From: Oikopleura dioica | Lineage: Eukaryota > Animalia > Chordata | Length of the DNA stretch: 64,000 bases | Reading direction: 5' to 3' | NCBI GenBank assembly: GCA_907165135.1 | Contig: OU015569.1 | Coordinates: forward strand, 7,626,001-7,690,000 | In this document: positions 31,090 through 44,400 of the stretch, one piece after another | Position numbering within the stretch: the stretch's first letter is position 1 | Layout: the number at the start of each line of letters is the position of its first letter | Made by a program: the position numbers and the translations under genes | The notes under the pieces: model-generated | What the model was told of the DNA's origin: nothing | The model's input: only the letters and a program-made list of their open reading frames with translations | Database searches by the model: none

Positions 31090-34041
31090 ATGAGGATAAT
31101 TTCATTTTTGATCGGCATATCCTGCGCTATATTTGTCAAGGAGGTATGTTAATATTTTCGGCAAAAGATTTTAATCAAACGAACTATAGGACAGCTTCAT
31201 CTACTCCCAGTTCCTCGACTTAGATGAGATCGACGTAGAACTCAACAAACTTGTTGATCCCCAAGAGAATCCTAATGCTGACCAGTTTTCTTTTTCGCTG
31301 GATAAATTTGAGCTTTTTACTGCGGAAAGACGTGAAATCCCTGTCGTTGTTATTGAACCTGTCGGAAAAAACGCCGTCGAATCAGTGGTTGTCGTATGTG
31401 GTGCAGACGGCTCGAATTTTGGAGGAGTCACAGCATGTTTAAATGTTGCCAAAGGAATTGTTTCCAGAGTTAGTTGACTAAAAATTATATTCCAAAGTTA
31501 ATAAAACAAGCGTAAGACCCGAACTATTACGGATTTACACGAGCAGACATGTCAAATGGATTTCTTTCTGCCGTTAGATTGATTGTTATTCCAGTTCTGA
31601 ATCCTGATGGCTACAATTATGCGAGAACCGCCGATCGACTATGGAACAAAAATCGTGCTCCAACGGGCAATTTGAACTGTCCCGGTAAAATATTCAAAAT
31701 AAGTATAATTGGTGTAAAATTATATAAAAATAGGTATAAATTTGGAACGCAACAGTCCTTACGAGCATGTCGATCTCTCGAATGAGTGTTCTTCTGATTA
31801 CGGTGGTTCTGCTTCTTTATCTGAAAACGAACTTCGTGGTCTTTCCGAATATCTTTCACGTAACGGTCCAGTCAGAAGCATAATCTTTGTCTCGCAAAGA
31901 AGTTCGGAAGAAGGTGGAACGAACTTGTATTTTTCTAGCACTCTCGATTCTGAGCGTCAGTCAAGCGATAGACATGAGATTTTCTTGGCGGAAAAAATTG
32001 CAAATGCTGCAACAAGAGTTTCGAGTGCGGGGAATCAGTATCGAGCTGGAAAATATCCTACTCTGTACACTTCAGGTTTCGGAACATTCAGAAATGATTT
32101 CTGATAATCTAATTTTAAGGTTCCTTGCTTGAGTGGGCAAAGAGCGAGACTGGCCTCAACATTGAATTCTGCTTTGAAATGAGCTTGTCTAAGGCAGGAT
32201 CTGAAGAAGACGAGCAGTACCAAAGATCAATCGGGTTAGAGTTGCTTTCTGCTATTGAAGTTGTTTGGAAGAACGCTGATAAGCGAGCAACATTTACTAC
32301 CACTCCACTAGATGATTACGTCTGGCGCGAGGACCCTTCGTACTCTTGGGAACAAGTGGAGGGCGCTATTTACGAAGATGAATGGACGATATCCTACGTC
32401 ATTAACTCGACATCTCAGAATTGGTTGAACTCGACGATTCTTAACGAGTTTGTTTGGTGGCATTTGAACGTTATAATCCTCCCAAAAACATTTGCTTATA
32501 CAGATGCTGCTATTCTGCTTGTGGTTGGATGGGATAATGTAAATTCTTACTTATTTTTTATTTACAAGATTTATTAGAAAGATCGAGATCCAGCTGACGC
32601 GTTAACTCGAAGCGATACAAACAGAGCTAGGGTAAGAAAAATAACGTACGCTGCATGCAGCATGTAACATGTTACACGTTATATAGCTCGGAATCCACAA
32701 CTATCTAATTCTCTCCCTAGTCATATGTTGCTTCGTCTGGAATACCGGTCGTACTCAACTACCAAACGCCTAACCAGCCGATCTTCTTTGTTGACGATCC
32801 TCTAGAAGCAATTTACCCGAATGGTCGAAAAGAAGACGCGATCATTGCCAGGACTTGGCACATGTTCATGGAAGATACGAGCTTCGTTGATGTTCCTGTC
32901 CGTTTACCAATGACTAAAGCTGCCGTCAGAGCAATGGACACTGCAGAAGACTTTATGGTTCAAAATAATTATGAAAAGCCGATTCGCTGGGGAATTACTG
33001 GTGCCTCAAAACGAGCATGGACAACTTGGTGCACGTCTGCAGTGGATTATGAGCGGATTGTGTGGCAGGCGCCAGTTTGGATGGATCTTCTTGACCTTGT
33101 TCCTTCGGCGAAACATCATTTCAGATCATTGGGAGGATGGACATACAACTACTTTGATTACTACGTGGAAGGATTCACTTACAACATCGACAATCCCGCA
33201 TACGATGATTTAGCGGCAATCGTAGACCCGTTCACATATCTTGATCGATATTCCAAGTCGCAAATGACACTTGTCATGAATGCTGGAAACGACGAGTTCT
33301 TCCTCCCATCGGACATGTATTTCTTTTGGGACGATATGTTCGGCGATAAGTTTATGAAGGTTTTTCCAAACAAAGGTCACGGAGGTGTAGGTTACAATAT
33401 TCGAGCTGATCGTTACACCGGACCAGAGCTCGAGAACATTGTATGGAGAGCCATCGACGGCCTTTTTGAGGAGTTTCTGAGCCCTACTATCACTAAAAAA
33501 GAAAACGGATATCAACCATGGACATGGAAACTATGGAATGAGGACGGCTTTAGTGGTATTGATTTCTTTACAAGTGTGCCAATATCCGACGCACGAGCTT
33601 GGCTAAGCTACTCAGCTGTTCCGGACAGACGAGACTGGAGGAAATCTGGCCTTACCGAGTATCTATGTCCTAAGGAATCAGGTTATTTTTATAAGTCTTT
33701 GTAATCACCCATTCCCGAAACTATATCAGAATTAACCCAAAAAGGATTACACAGAAGATATTGACTTCGACGACTACTGGCACTTGATGAATACAACATA
33801 TTATGATATCAGTGAAAAGATTGTTTTTAATCACTTTCCTTCATCTGATTATGAGTTCCAATACTCATTAAATCTTACAGATCCTATGGTTGGCGAAAAA
33901 TTCATCACATTTTTCTTGGAACTCGAAATTGACAGTGAAGTAGGCTCACCAATTACTTTTTCGACAGAGGCGAATATCGCGCCAATGATTTATCCATACG
34001 AGGAGTGCGAAGGAGCTGCCTGTCTTGGGTGCTTTATTTAG
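31090..34041 (+). CDS. Secreted fusion protein: degenerate M14 zinc-carboxypeptidase domain plus PqaA/AprA-like alpha/beta hydrolase
   Basis: Signal peptide MRIISFLIGISCAIF; M14 traces IPVLNPDGYNY...RLWNKNR...GINLERN...LEWA...FCFEM; the same exon then continues into TPLDDYVWREDPSYSW...TSQNWL...WWH, PMTKAAVRAMD, GASKRAWTTW, NAGNDEFF and PNKGHG. Confidence 0.82.
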
Positions 34042-34145
34042 ACAGTAATCTGCGTCAGGAAGAATAAAGTTAGGAATCAAAGAGGTTTTCAAGTGTCTGT
34101 TTATTGAGATGAAAAGGCAGGAGAAACTTTGTACATTGAACAATT

Positions 34146-37100
34146 TTAACAACTCTCGCAAGTCTGCTTGCAAAGTGCAGATACAAAAGGAGAGGAGCAT
34201 GAGCTCTTCCAGCTAACACATAATTCACTGGAATCAAAGCAGCGATCAGATGAGACTGGACATGTCTGGCAAGTTCTCGCGCAACTTGCCGCAACATGCG
34301 CTTGATTACATCCATCCGAGATCTCTAGACAAATGTCTTCATTGATTCTGTCGACACATTCCATCACAGAACTTTCAAGCTTACAATGGCCGCATTTAAC
34401 GGGGCAAGATTTTCTCATTTTCGCTGCAGTGAAAAGAGCAGTGCACCGATTTTCTTCAATCTCATTGCAACCAGGCTCATCTTCACACTGTGCATCGGAT
34501 TTATCAAAAAACTCAACCGAAATTACATTTCTAGTTTCCTTTTGACATTGTCCACAAGTATCTCGGCACAGGTTCACTACACTCCAGTCAGAGTTGCAAG
34601 CTTCTTTGATCTCATTACATGCAAGAGAACCAAGTTTATCCGAGCATGATGATGTCGGGTAATCTATCTGAGCGCACTTGTTGCATGTTTTTGGACAGCT
34701 TCTGGATACAAAATCATTGTTGCATCGAGATTTCAGTGATGCGCAAAATTGTGCATCTTTGCACTCTTCGATTGCTCTGGCATCGGCTGTAGTGTATTTA
34801 TTCACTTCCTGGATGATTGCAAATGCCCCAGTACTAATCAAGTCGAATCTCATTTCGACACCAAAGCCTTCGTAGCTCATCACATTTACATCGAACTGTG
34901 TTCCAACAACTATTTGATGACTTCCAGAGCCACAGAGTCTGACAACAGGCTGTCCCTGATCATAAACGTCGACAAAATAGGAGCAGTCATTGACTGTTCG
35001 GATATCCATAATTTCAACGGTGAGCATCACTAATTGATTCTCGTCAGGTCGATTGATTGACCATTTACAAAGTTCTTCAGATGACGGTCCATTGAATAGA
35101 ATTGACTTTTCTTCGAGTGATACTGGAAGAGAAAATCCTTGACAGCTAAGAGGGAGATCTTCTTTCATCGGTGCTACTTCGATTTCTCCTGATGATTCGA
35201 ACTCAAAGTCCCCAGAACCATTGCCAGAACCTTCCGACGCAGCTTCGTCATCTCCTGAATAGTTTTCCTCCCAGTTTGCGCAAGTGGCACCGCAGTTATT
35301 TCTGACGAAGGGCATATAACAGAAGTTTTGCCAATCAAGACAGTTCAGACTAGCGTCCCCGTTTTGAGTGGATGCTGAATCTCCACAAACGCTGCAGGTC
35401 TTTGAGCACATAGCTCTGGTAGTTGCTTCATCGCACATGAAACCGATCTGTGGACAGAAATCGTAAATGTCCTTGCAAACCATTGGCGAGGTGCTTAATT
35501 GATCTTCAATGATGTCGGTGCTCTTGGAATCCTCGTCTAAGCACAAACCGCAGGTACTTAATTTTATGTTTAAAAGAATTAAGATATAATCAAAACCTCG
35601 GGCAAAGTTTTTGAGTGAATTCTGAGTGACAATCGTTTTTCCAATCAGGGCATCTAGCGACAGAATCTTTGCATTTAGCCATCTCAACTTCTATCTCATT
35701 GCTGGTATCTGATAATTCTTCTTGGCCACAAAGTTTGCAGCTTTTCGCGCATAGAGAACTGACTGCGGATAATTCGCAAGAATCCAGCCATTGATCGCAA
35801 ACGGAAGAAATGTCAAAACAGGACGATTCAAAGCGAGCTTTAGGCTTTCCTCAAGTTTTAAAATGAATTCTACTCAGTCAGTGTGTTTATAAAAAATGGT
35901 GAAATTCATATTGATCAAATAATTAAAGTTTTTTAAAACTATTTTTCTTAACATCTTTGCAAAGAGGATCACATGTCGCAGGACAAATACGTTTTGTTGT
36001 ACTTAACATACAGGCTGGACCATCAGATAAATCAATTGAGCCACAAATCGGATCGTCCTGACAAGCGAGCTCGAGAGTGTTCGTTGCGCCTTTAAACTTT
36101 CTGCAAGAAGGAAACTGTGACACTTGTTAAATACAGTAGTTCTCAAATAAGCGAGTTTACTAAGGAACATGCTGCTCCGGATATGAAAATTCGCATGTTA
36201 TGCATAACAAGTTCCTGTGGGTGATTCTTACGGGAGAGAGGAATTTCCATTCCTTCTTCAGTGACACACCAGCATGTTCGGAAATCACATTGCATCTCTG
36301 CAAAGGAGCCATCGTCTTTACAGTGAATTGATGGGGCCCCGGCTGGTTGCGACATACTCTGTTTCTCACATTCAGACAATCTTATGGTTGTTGTTGTTGT
36401 GGTAGTAGATGTAGAGGTAGTCGTCGATGTTCTGGTTGATATTTCCGCTGCTGTGGAAGTTTCGATTGATTCACCAAAAACAGAATCCACGATTTCTTGT
36501 AACAGCGATGTGTCTTGCTCCTCTCCACCGAGCAACTTTGAGATGTTTTCAAATAAGGCTCCGAAAATTGGAATCTGCATAATCGGCTTTAGCAGTCCAT
36601 ATTTATTTACGGGTTGCGAGTTGGCTATTTCAGTGACATTTGTGGAATCCGATAAGACAAGATGTTGTGTGCCTTCTATTAATAGGCGCAGCAAACATTC
36701 AAAGAATCTCATTTTTAACTAGAAAAGTGATTTGCTGGCCTCTTCCCTAGAATTTCATATTCTGCACGGACGATATCGACAGAGGAAACATCAAGTCGTC
36801 GCTCCTTGAGAATGTCCTTGTTTTCCTTGATAATCTCTTTTGTTTGTTCCTCTAGCTGAGATAAGAAGGTTTCTTGCTCGAAAGAATTCTTGCGGTAGTC
36901 CTGGAAGAGGTACTTAACAGTGACGTCGGCGATAATGCTTCCTGCGCTGAAACTTGTGACTTCCAATCCGTTGTATCCTTAGAAGAGGCTTATTTCTAAT
37001 TCAAATATACATGATAGTTAGTCGAAACACAGTCTCATCTGCGATTTTCAACCGTGTACCTGAACGATCAGCGAAGATCTCTCCGAGTGCGTCTTCGATT

Positions 37101-38907
37101 TCAGCCTTCATCATCGCAAAAATAAAAGATTTATCATCTCCAAAACTAGAGTCCCATTCCATTTCGTCAAATAATATCGAGATTGAGCATGACGCACGAA
37201 TATTCAATGGTTTGGATGTGGTCGTCGTCATTTGTACAGTCGTTGCTGTTTGGGAGGGTATTGTTTGAGTTACAGTCGTAGTTGTTTCTGTAGTAAAACT
37301 TGCGTCTGTGGTGACACTGCAGAGGCCGCAGGAAAAAGGACAGTTCAAAGCTAGAGCTTCAACGTGGCAATAAGCGCCAAGCACAGTGCAAGTCTCATCA
37401 GAGTCGAAGCAATCTTCGGGACTCAGTGTTGTCGACAACGTCGAACTAGTAGTAGTGGTACTTGTTGTCGTGCTTGTTGTTGTTGTTGTAGTTGTGGTTG
37501 TAGTTATTTTGCTACAGGCATTGCATGTTCGTGGACAGTATATATCTCCGGACTGGTATAAATATACGATATCATAGATACTTGTCTACGTAATTTTAAG
37601 AGTCTTTGTCAATAGACATCTAAGAAAATAGACGCAGAACAGATGGCACTGCCATCGATGGCAGTGCATGAATTAAAATGCTCATCAAAGGGCTGGCGGG
37701 ACAAATCGTCTCAAATCGAGCCTCTTATTTTTACTTGATAAATACGAAACCAGTTCCTAAACTCGCACTTCCGCAGTATCTTCTCAGTACATTGCACGTC
37801 TTGCTTGAATCTTGACACCAGTCTGGAAAAGTACTAAAGGTGCTAGTGGTTGTAGTTGTGGTGGTAGTCGTGGTTGTAGTTGTGGTAGAGCTAGTCGTTA
37901 TTGAAGTAGTGGTCGTGGAAAGCGTTGTGGTTTTCGTACTTGAAGGAAAATTACTTATGGAATATTCAATTCTAGCGAAGAGGAAATTTAACTCTGGCTT
38001 ATAGGGGTCATATGTGGTCAATCTTCGGGGTATAGAAAACTGTTTCTCCCTAAACCTACTCCTAACCCGGGGGCTTATAGGAGAGGTCTAATTTCTGAAG
38101 AATAACTTACGTTAGAACTTTAGCGACGATTCCGTTCGATCGGGGAGTAGGAATTGGGTTAGAAGGGTATGATCTGGCGCAGAGTCGACAGGAGACTGGA
38201 CAAGATTCACGAATGAAAGGCTGCTGGCAACCACGAATTAACTGCGGACAATGAGGAAGTCGATCTTCGCAGAGACCGGTTCGTTGCGGAAGTCTAGAAG
38301 TACTTTTGAAGAAGTTTTTTTATACAACCGAAATTCCGGCAAAACCACAGAACTCGAGTATCCTCGGAAAAATTCTAGTTCCCTACTTAAAAATATTCTA
38401 AACAAACTTTAAGATTACAGACTCTGTAATACAGAGCAAGTGTTTTATGAGCGACTGCGGTATTTGGTCGCTAAATTTCAAAACTACAAGAGCCAATTAT
38501 GCTGAAAATTAGCTAGTGAGCAGGAGGTAGAAAGACCACAAGGCGACCGCGAAATTTATATAATTAAGAGCCAAATCTGCCTTCAATCATTTTATAAAAA
38601 CAATACCAACAAGTGTCAGCTCAAGAGTCTTTTCTCAAGTTTGGACAGCCTTGGGATACTTCCGAATGAGTGGATGTTGAGTACTTACCCACAAGCACCA
38701 CAAGTCAATGTACAGAGCTTCATGTAATCAGTATCAGAACAAAATCTAGTGCCATACTGAGCGCAGTAATCGGGCCGTGTGTCCAGGCATGTCTCAACCT
38801 TTTCCTCGGGTTAAAAATAGATTTATAATCAAACCTGAGTTTACACATAAAACATGAAATGAGGAAATAACGCTTATTACAATTATTCGGTAGTTGAACC
38901 TGCTCAT
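34146..38907 (-). CDS. Large secreted multidomain protein: about 14 ShKT domains, Thr-rich mucin linkers, SEA, thyroglobulin type-1 and CUB domains
   Basis: Signal peptide MSRFNYRIIVISVISSFHVLCVNS; repeated C..C..C...C...C..C ShK units ending CP.TC..C; SEA motif FSAGSIIADV; TY motif QCDFRTCWCV; CUB region CQGFS...CKWSI...CSYFVDV...RLCGS; Ser-Gly acidic sites. Confidence 0.85.
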
Positions 38908-40620
38908 TGTATAGAGATTTTAGAAAGCGAAAAATTGTGATGCGAGGGCACTATTTTTGATACAAACTTGAAATAATTCTCAACCCGGTCCTTTCTCTGT
39001 CCATGCACAAGCGATAGTATAAACAACAACACTTTCATTTCTCTTGTTAAAAATCTGAAATTTAGGGATATTCCACCCTTTCAGAATCTACGAGAAAAAT
39101 TAAGGGGGACTGAAATGCTGAAAGAAAATCGAAAAAGTCGAAAGCTTCATGACTTCTCCGAGGGCGCCATCGAGCGCTCCAAATTTATCTAGCGAATGTT
39201 TACTTTTTTTTAGATTACTAAATTGAAGTATGGATCTGGTCGCTAGTCATATGTTAAGTGAGTTTTTTGGCCGTGTGATTTTAATATTAGGACCGTTCAT
39301 CGTTCAGTTTGGCTTGCCTATTAGATATTTAAATGGTTGAGATCTAAGTAACGTTTGTTAGAGGAGTTGCACTACAGTAATGCCGAATCGGCAGATCAAT
39401 CTATCTAATTTGCCTAAATATGAAAAATGCAAGCTTGAAGATGAAAGAGAGTGCTAAATGGGAGATTAGTTTTATCCGCACGTAAAAGGGCTCTTCAGGC
39501 TTAATGAGCTGCAGAACACGGAAGAAAAAAGAGATGAAGATAGAGATTTTACTCGGAATCTTCGCACCTACTGTGCATTCACTTGTCATCGAAGCGAGGG
39601 TACGTTACTCAAGTAAAGACATTCTTAGTACTAACGAGCTCTAGTTTAAAACTGGTAGCCCGGAAACTAAAAATAAGCGTATTTCTTAAACACACTTCAG
39701 GAGAAACGGGGAGAAGCGAACATTTGCGAGATGTTTACAGGTAAATATTCCTCTCGAAATCGAAATCCCAATTTGATAACATTCAGATCCGGCGAGCATT
39801 AACGATTATGGTAAAAGTCCTATGAACATTCCAGTAGCAAAGTTATTTCTAGCGAATGAGATGACAGAACCAAAACTTCAGGGCCAAGGTTGAGCCTCAA
39901 TATTTGATTAATTTCCGGGTGTAGACTTCAAATCATATTGCATTTTATTCGTTCCTAATTGAGCGATAGTAAGGAGATAAATCGAGTTTACGCCCAAACG
40001 AATCAACCATCGCGCAGTATCTCGCCCAGTATTGCTTAGGCCTTCGAATGCCTAACGTGCTCCACTTTTAAACTCACTAAAATAAAATGAGCTAACAAAT
40101 CTTATCACTGCAGCATTTTCTGGAGGAAAGCAGAGGATGCCAGTTGTAGATGTTCTGCAATTCAGTAATGTGGGGAGAAATGTTTTACATGGAATAACAT
40201 CGTCTCCGGCCATTTTGCGGAGTGCCCTTTCGCATCATAAACGAAATTATAAAAACCATCGAGGGATCTTGCCTCTTACATAATTGCTGATTCAAAACCT
40301 GCTCGACTAGAGAAAGTAAGCTCCACACTTGATGATGGTAACCTGCAGAACAAGACGAAACGCGTTCAGATTGAAAAAAGACGTAGTAGTTGTATTTTCG
40401 GACAAATGTAAAAGTTTCAGTGTGAGAATGTAAAAGTCCCAGTCTTTTTTTAATACCCAACATGGGTATTAAAATAAGCAGCAGGTTGCTCCTTTGCTTC
40501 CAGAAAAGGAGATCCTTCTCCGGGATCTCATTTTCTCCGCTTCCTCTCCTTCACGGATTCTTCTTCAGTAGAAGCTTTTCTGGAAGATTTCTGCTGCTCT
40601 TCTGCGCCGTCGTATCGCAC

Positions 40621-41034
40621 TCAGCGATACTTCTTCCTCTCATACTCTAAACGATCAGTTACAGTAAGTGTTTGTATCGACGGAACGGACTTACCGAGAG
40701 ATCTCGGAACTTTTAGCGGAGTTTTCTTTGCAGACTGGACGGATCGGACCGGTGTTGAAGAACTTGTCGGTACTGGAGGTCTCCCGACTCGGCAGATTGT
40801 GACGGGCAGTAGTCATCGGTTACCGGTTATACTGACTAAAGGCCGCCGCATTGACAGGTTCTTCCCAGCTCGTCGTCTCAGCACATGCCTACGAGAAGTT
40901 CAAACTTTAGCTCTCAGGAATTTGGACTTTACCTCTTCGACTTTGGTGAATTTCTCGACGAACGAAAAGACGAAATTTCGAGTCAGCCACTAGGAAACTG
41001 CGTGGGCGCGCGATGACCTCTTCGAGTGACTCAT
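40621..41034 (-). other. Possible small spliced transcript (basic peptide or lncRNA) divergent from the RRM gene
   Basis: Strong gtaag/gtaaag...tag introns near 40930-40889 and 40694-40647. A basic peptide can only be assembled by assuming additional weak introns. Confidence 0.25.
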
Positions 41035-41465
41035 CCTGTTCGAGAGAAAGAAAGAGAAATAGAGACCGATCTCGAATGGATCCTCGCTCTATCGACCGTC
41101 ATTTTGCTCTTACAAATCACTCTTCCAAATTCTTTTGCTTAGATAATTTTCTCGAGCACCAAAGTGGAAATAAATTAAGCTTTATTATTGCGCAAGCGGT
41201 TTTATGAACAATTACTGGAATTTTTTCGTATATCTTTAACTGTTTAAGAGAATACGTCACTCATTCAACAATTTTTAACTGGCGATTAATCCTGTTATAG
41301 TCACTGAGGTTGATAATCTTCCCAAAATTATTGTATTCGTCAGAAACTCCTGACGCTTGTAATTAAGATAGGTTTGAAATTGACAGGCTTCGGGCGGGTG
41401 TAACAATCATTTCGAATCGGAGCTTGAGAGAGAAAAAGATACAAGACCTGAGACTCGATCTCGAA

Positions 41466-44400
41466 ATGCCTTCCACTGTCAAGGTAGGTCTTGGAAGTGA
41501 CTCGGGAATAAACTCTTTCTAAGCCTACCGATGGTAGCCAAGTGGCGGTTTCACCCGTCGAAGAAGTGGCAAACGGCCTCGAGCGAGTTAATATAGCCGA
41601 CAAGGCGGCAGAAAATGGACAATCGAATGGAACTAGTGCGCATGTCGAAAACGGGAAAGAAAGCAACGGGAGTGGCTCCTCTGATCACGAAAACCAGAGG
41701 CCGACCGAATCAGCCCCGAAAAAAGAGAGGGGAAAAGTAAGCACCATCACAAGAGGTGAAGTTGATTTTGAATTCTAGCGCCGAAACCGACAAGTACTCG
41801 ATATCACCCTCCCGGCTTACCAGTCAGTGAGGAGCCAATCTGATGGCCATTTAAGGGACCGGCGTAGAAGAAATCGAATAGACGTTGTAAGTTGTTCTTT
41901 CTTCGAAAATGATTCCAATTTATTTGTTTGAAGGAGAACTTGGAGCCGACCGAAAAACTGTTCGTTGGGGGACTGCCGATTAACTTTCCTGGCGAAGAAC
42001 TCGGTGAGCATTTTTCCCAATTCGGAACTGTTGTTGAAGCTTTGGTAAGATTGCTCTGTGAGGAGATCGTTTCTTAGTGTTGTTGTTCAGACCAAAGAAG
42101 GACGCACATTCGGCTTCGTCACATTCGCTTCGATCGAAGAAGCAGAAAAGGCGCTCGAAGTAAAGATCCACAAAATCGCCGATCGCGAAGTCGAGGTCAA
42201 GCGCGCCATCGCCGCCAACAATCGCTCTCATGTAAGTCCCTTTGTTGATGACACTTTTCCACGAATCTACGTTGAATTTTCTAGCCAATGCCTAGTCCAG
42301 CAATGGTTGCCCCAATGAGCGGGGTTTTCTACCCACCATTTGTTTATCCGGTGAGAAGTGATTGAAATCAACTAAAATTATTGAATCATAATTTACGCTT
42401 GAGATTTTCATCTTGGTTTGGTGATTAGATTTTGATTAAAAATTAAGAACAGTTTATTTACATTTGGCATGAAGTTATTTAATTTAACGAGATCTAAAAT
42501 ATAGTCAAGTCTCGTAGACAGCAGTGGTGGGCGTTGAACTTGTCACAATTTACTGCTCAAGGCCGTCCAACTCTAATCTTTGTCTTTGCTGAGCATCCGT
42601 TCAGAACATGCCAGTAATGCCGATGGATACTAGTTATGGAATGATGGAGCCGTGTGCCTCGCAAGGAAGCTGCAGCTCGACCTCGCCGACCGGTTCTCAG
42701 TTCCACAACGGAACTAACTACCCGAACTCTCATCCCGACTATGAGATTGACGGGCAACAGCAAAAAAAGCTATTTATCGGAGGCTTGCACTGGCGAACCG
42801 AAGACGACGACCTCCGGAACTATTTTCAGGCCTTTGGGCAACTAACAGACGCCATGGTCAGTATTTTTTTCGACTCTCATTTTTTGAATGAAAACTTTAG
42901 GTAATAAAATGCCCCGAAAAGCAAAAGTCGCGCGGATTCGGTTTCGTTGTGTACGCCAGTCCGGAAGACGCGGAGACTGTCCTCCACCATCCAGTTCACC
43001 AAATCAACGAAAAAGTTGTTGACGTAAAACGTGCTGTTTCACGCGACGTAAGTGCCTTCGAAATCGCGAGCACCGAAAATTTTTCACGGCAGTTGCGCCC
43101 ATCCTAGCATAGCTCTGTGAAAGATTTTCGTTTTGACGTGCGCTGTTTATCGACTTGAGAGTGTTCTGAACAACTTTGACTAAACCGATTTAGTTGATCG
43201 GGAGATTGAAGTCAGATACCTACTCCGAAAATAATTCAAATAACCTCGTTAAAAGTAAAAAGGTATAGTAGACTTATTGTCATAGCCGGCCAAAGACATC
43301 GTTGTTTGTCGTTTTCTCGCCTCAAACTTTCGATGCATCCACATTTTATTGCAGAATGTAAGAAGCGGGCTGTTTTACCCTCTGCTCGCACATTGTCCAA
43401 TAGCTTAAAACACTCTGCACAGAAATAGCAAGGACTATTTTAGCTGCCTTTTTGACGAAACCTATCTTGGCATGCTTTATTTTCTCGATCCCGCGGGTCC
43501 AATAAACAACAATTTATTCGACCAGGCAGTTTAACGCTTGTCATGAAGTTACAAACCCACTAGAAATCTATTTTGCTAGCGGAACGGCTCCATCTTTCTC
43601 GTTTTTGCCTTCGATTCAGTTTCTGTGATTGGGTTTTTCTTGGGCTTCCATCTCGAAGTGTCAACGCATCGTTCTTTCTCACAATTGGGAAAGATCAGTG
43701 TCGCTGCCTTTAATTCCGATCTTGCGTAGAAACATGTTATTTTTTGGTGTTCAAATGCTCACAAGTACTACTTGGTAATAAAAATCCTTGATTGTCAAGC
43801 GATTTTCAGAAAATCGAAGAGATTCACAAGCAAATCTAAGTGGTTTCGTGAATGTTTGCATGCCCAAATAACACAAATTCACATCTGATTTCACTCACTC
43901 ATTTGCATCTCTTTCACTAACTACATTTGTTTGCTATTAGTATCATTACCTCGCTAAAGTATTTGTAGGGACAAGACATTGTGGACGAGGCAGGCCGCCA
44001 TCGTCCAGTTGACAAAGTTTTTGTCGGTGGAATCGCCGCCGAAACGACACGCAAAGAAGTCAAAGATTACTTCGAAGAGAAGTTCGAAGGCTGCAAAGTT
44101 AAAAACGTGAGAACGATTATCTCCATTGAATTATTACACATGTTTTAGATGGACATGAAAGTCGACGAGGACACAGGAAGCCATCAGAGCTACGCGTTTA
44201 TAACCTTTGCTGATACAGATAAGGCGAAAGCAATCGACGTTGTTGAAAGCATTTGCCAAAGCAAATACCAGCGAATTGGATCTCATCTGTGCGAAGTGAA
44301 AAAAGCTCACTCGAAGAATGCTAGATTCATTAAAAATGCCGAGAAAAGTACCTATCCTTCCCTTTTTTGCGCTCTTAACTTGTATTTAAGAGCATCAACG

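Noticed and set aside
37646-37667. Perfect 22-bp palindrome GCACTGCCATCGATGGCAGTGC in an intron of the ShK gene
   Set aside because: It is isolated, with no TSD, second copy or associated element; function cannot be inferred.
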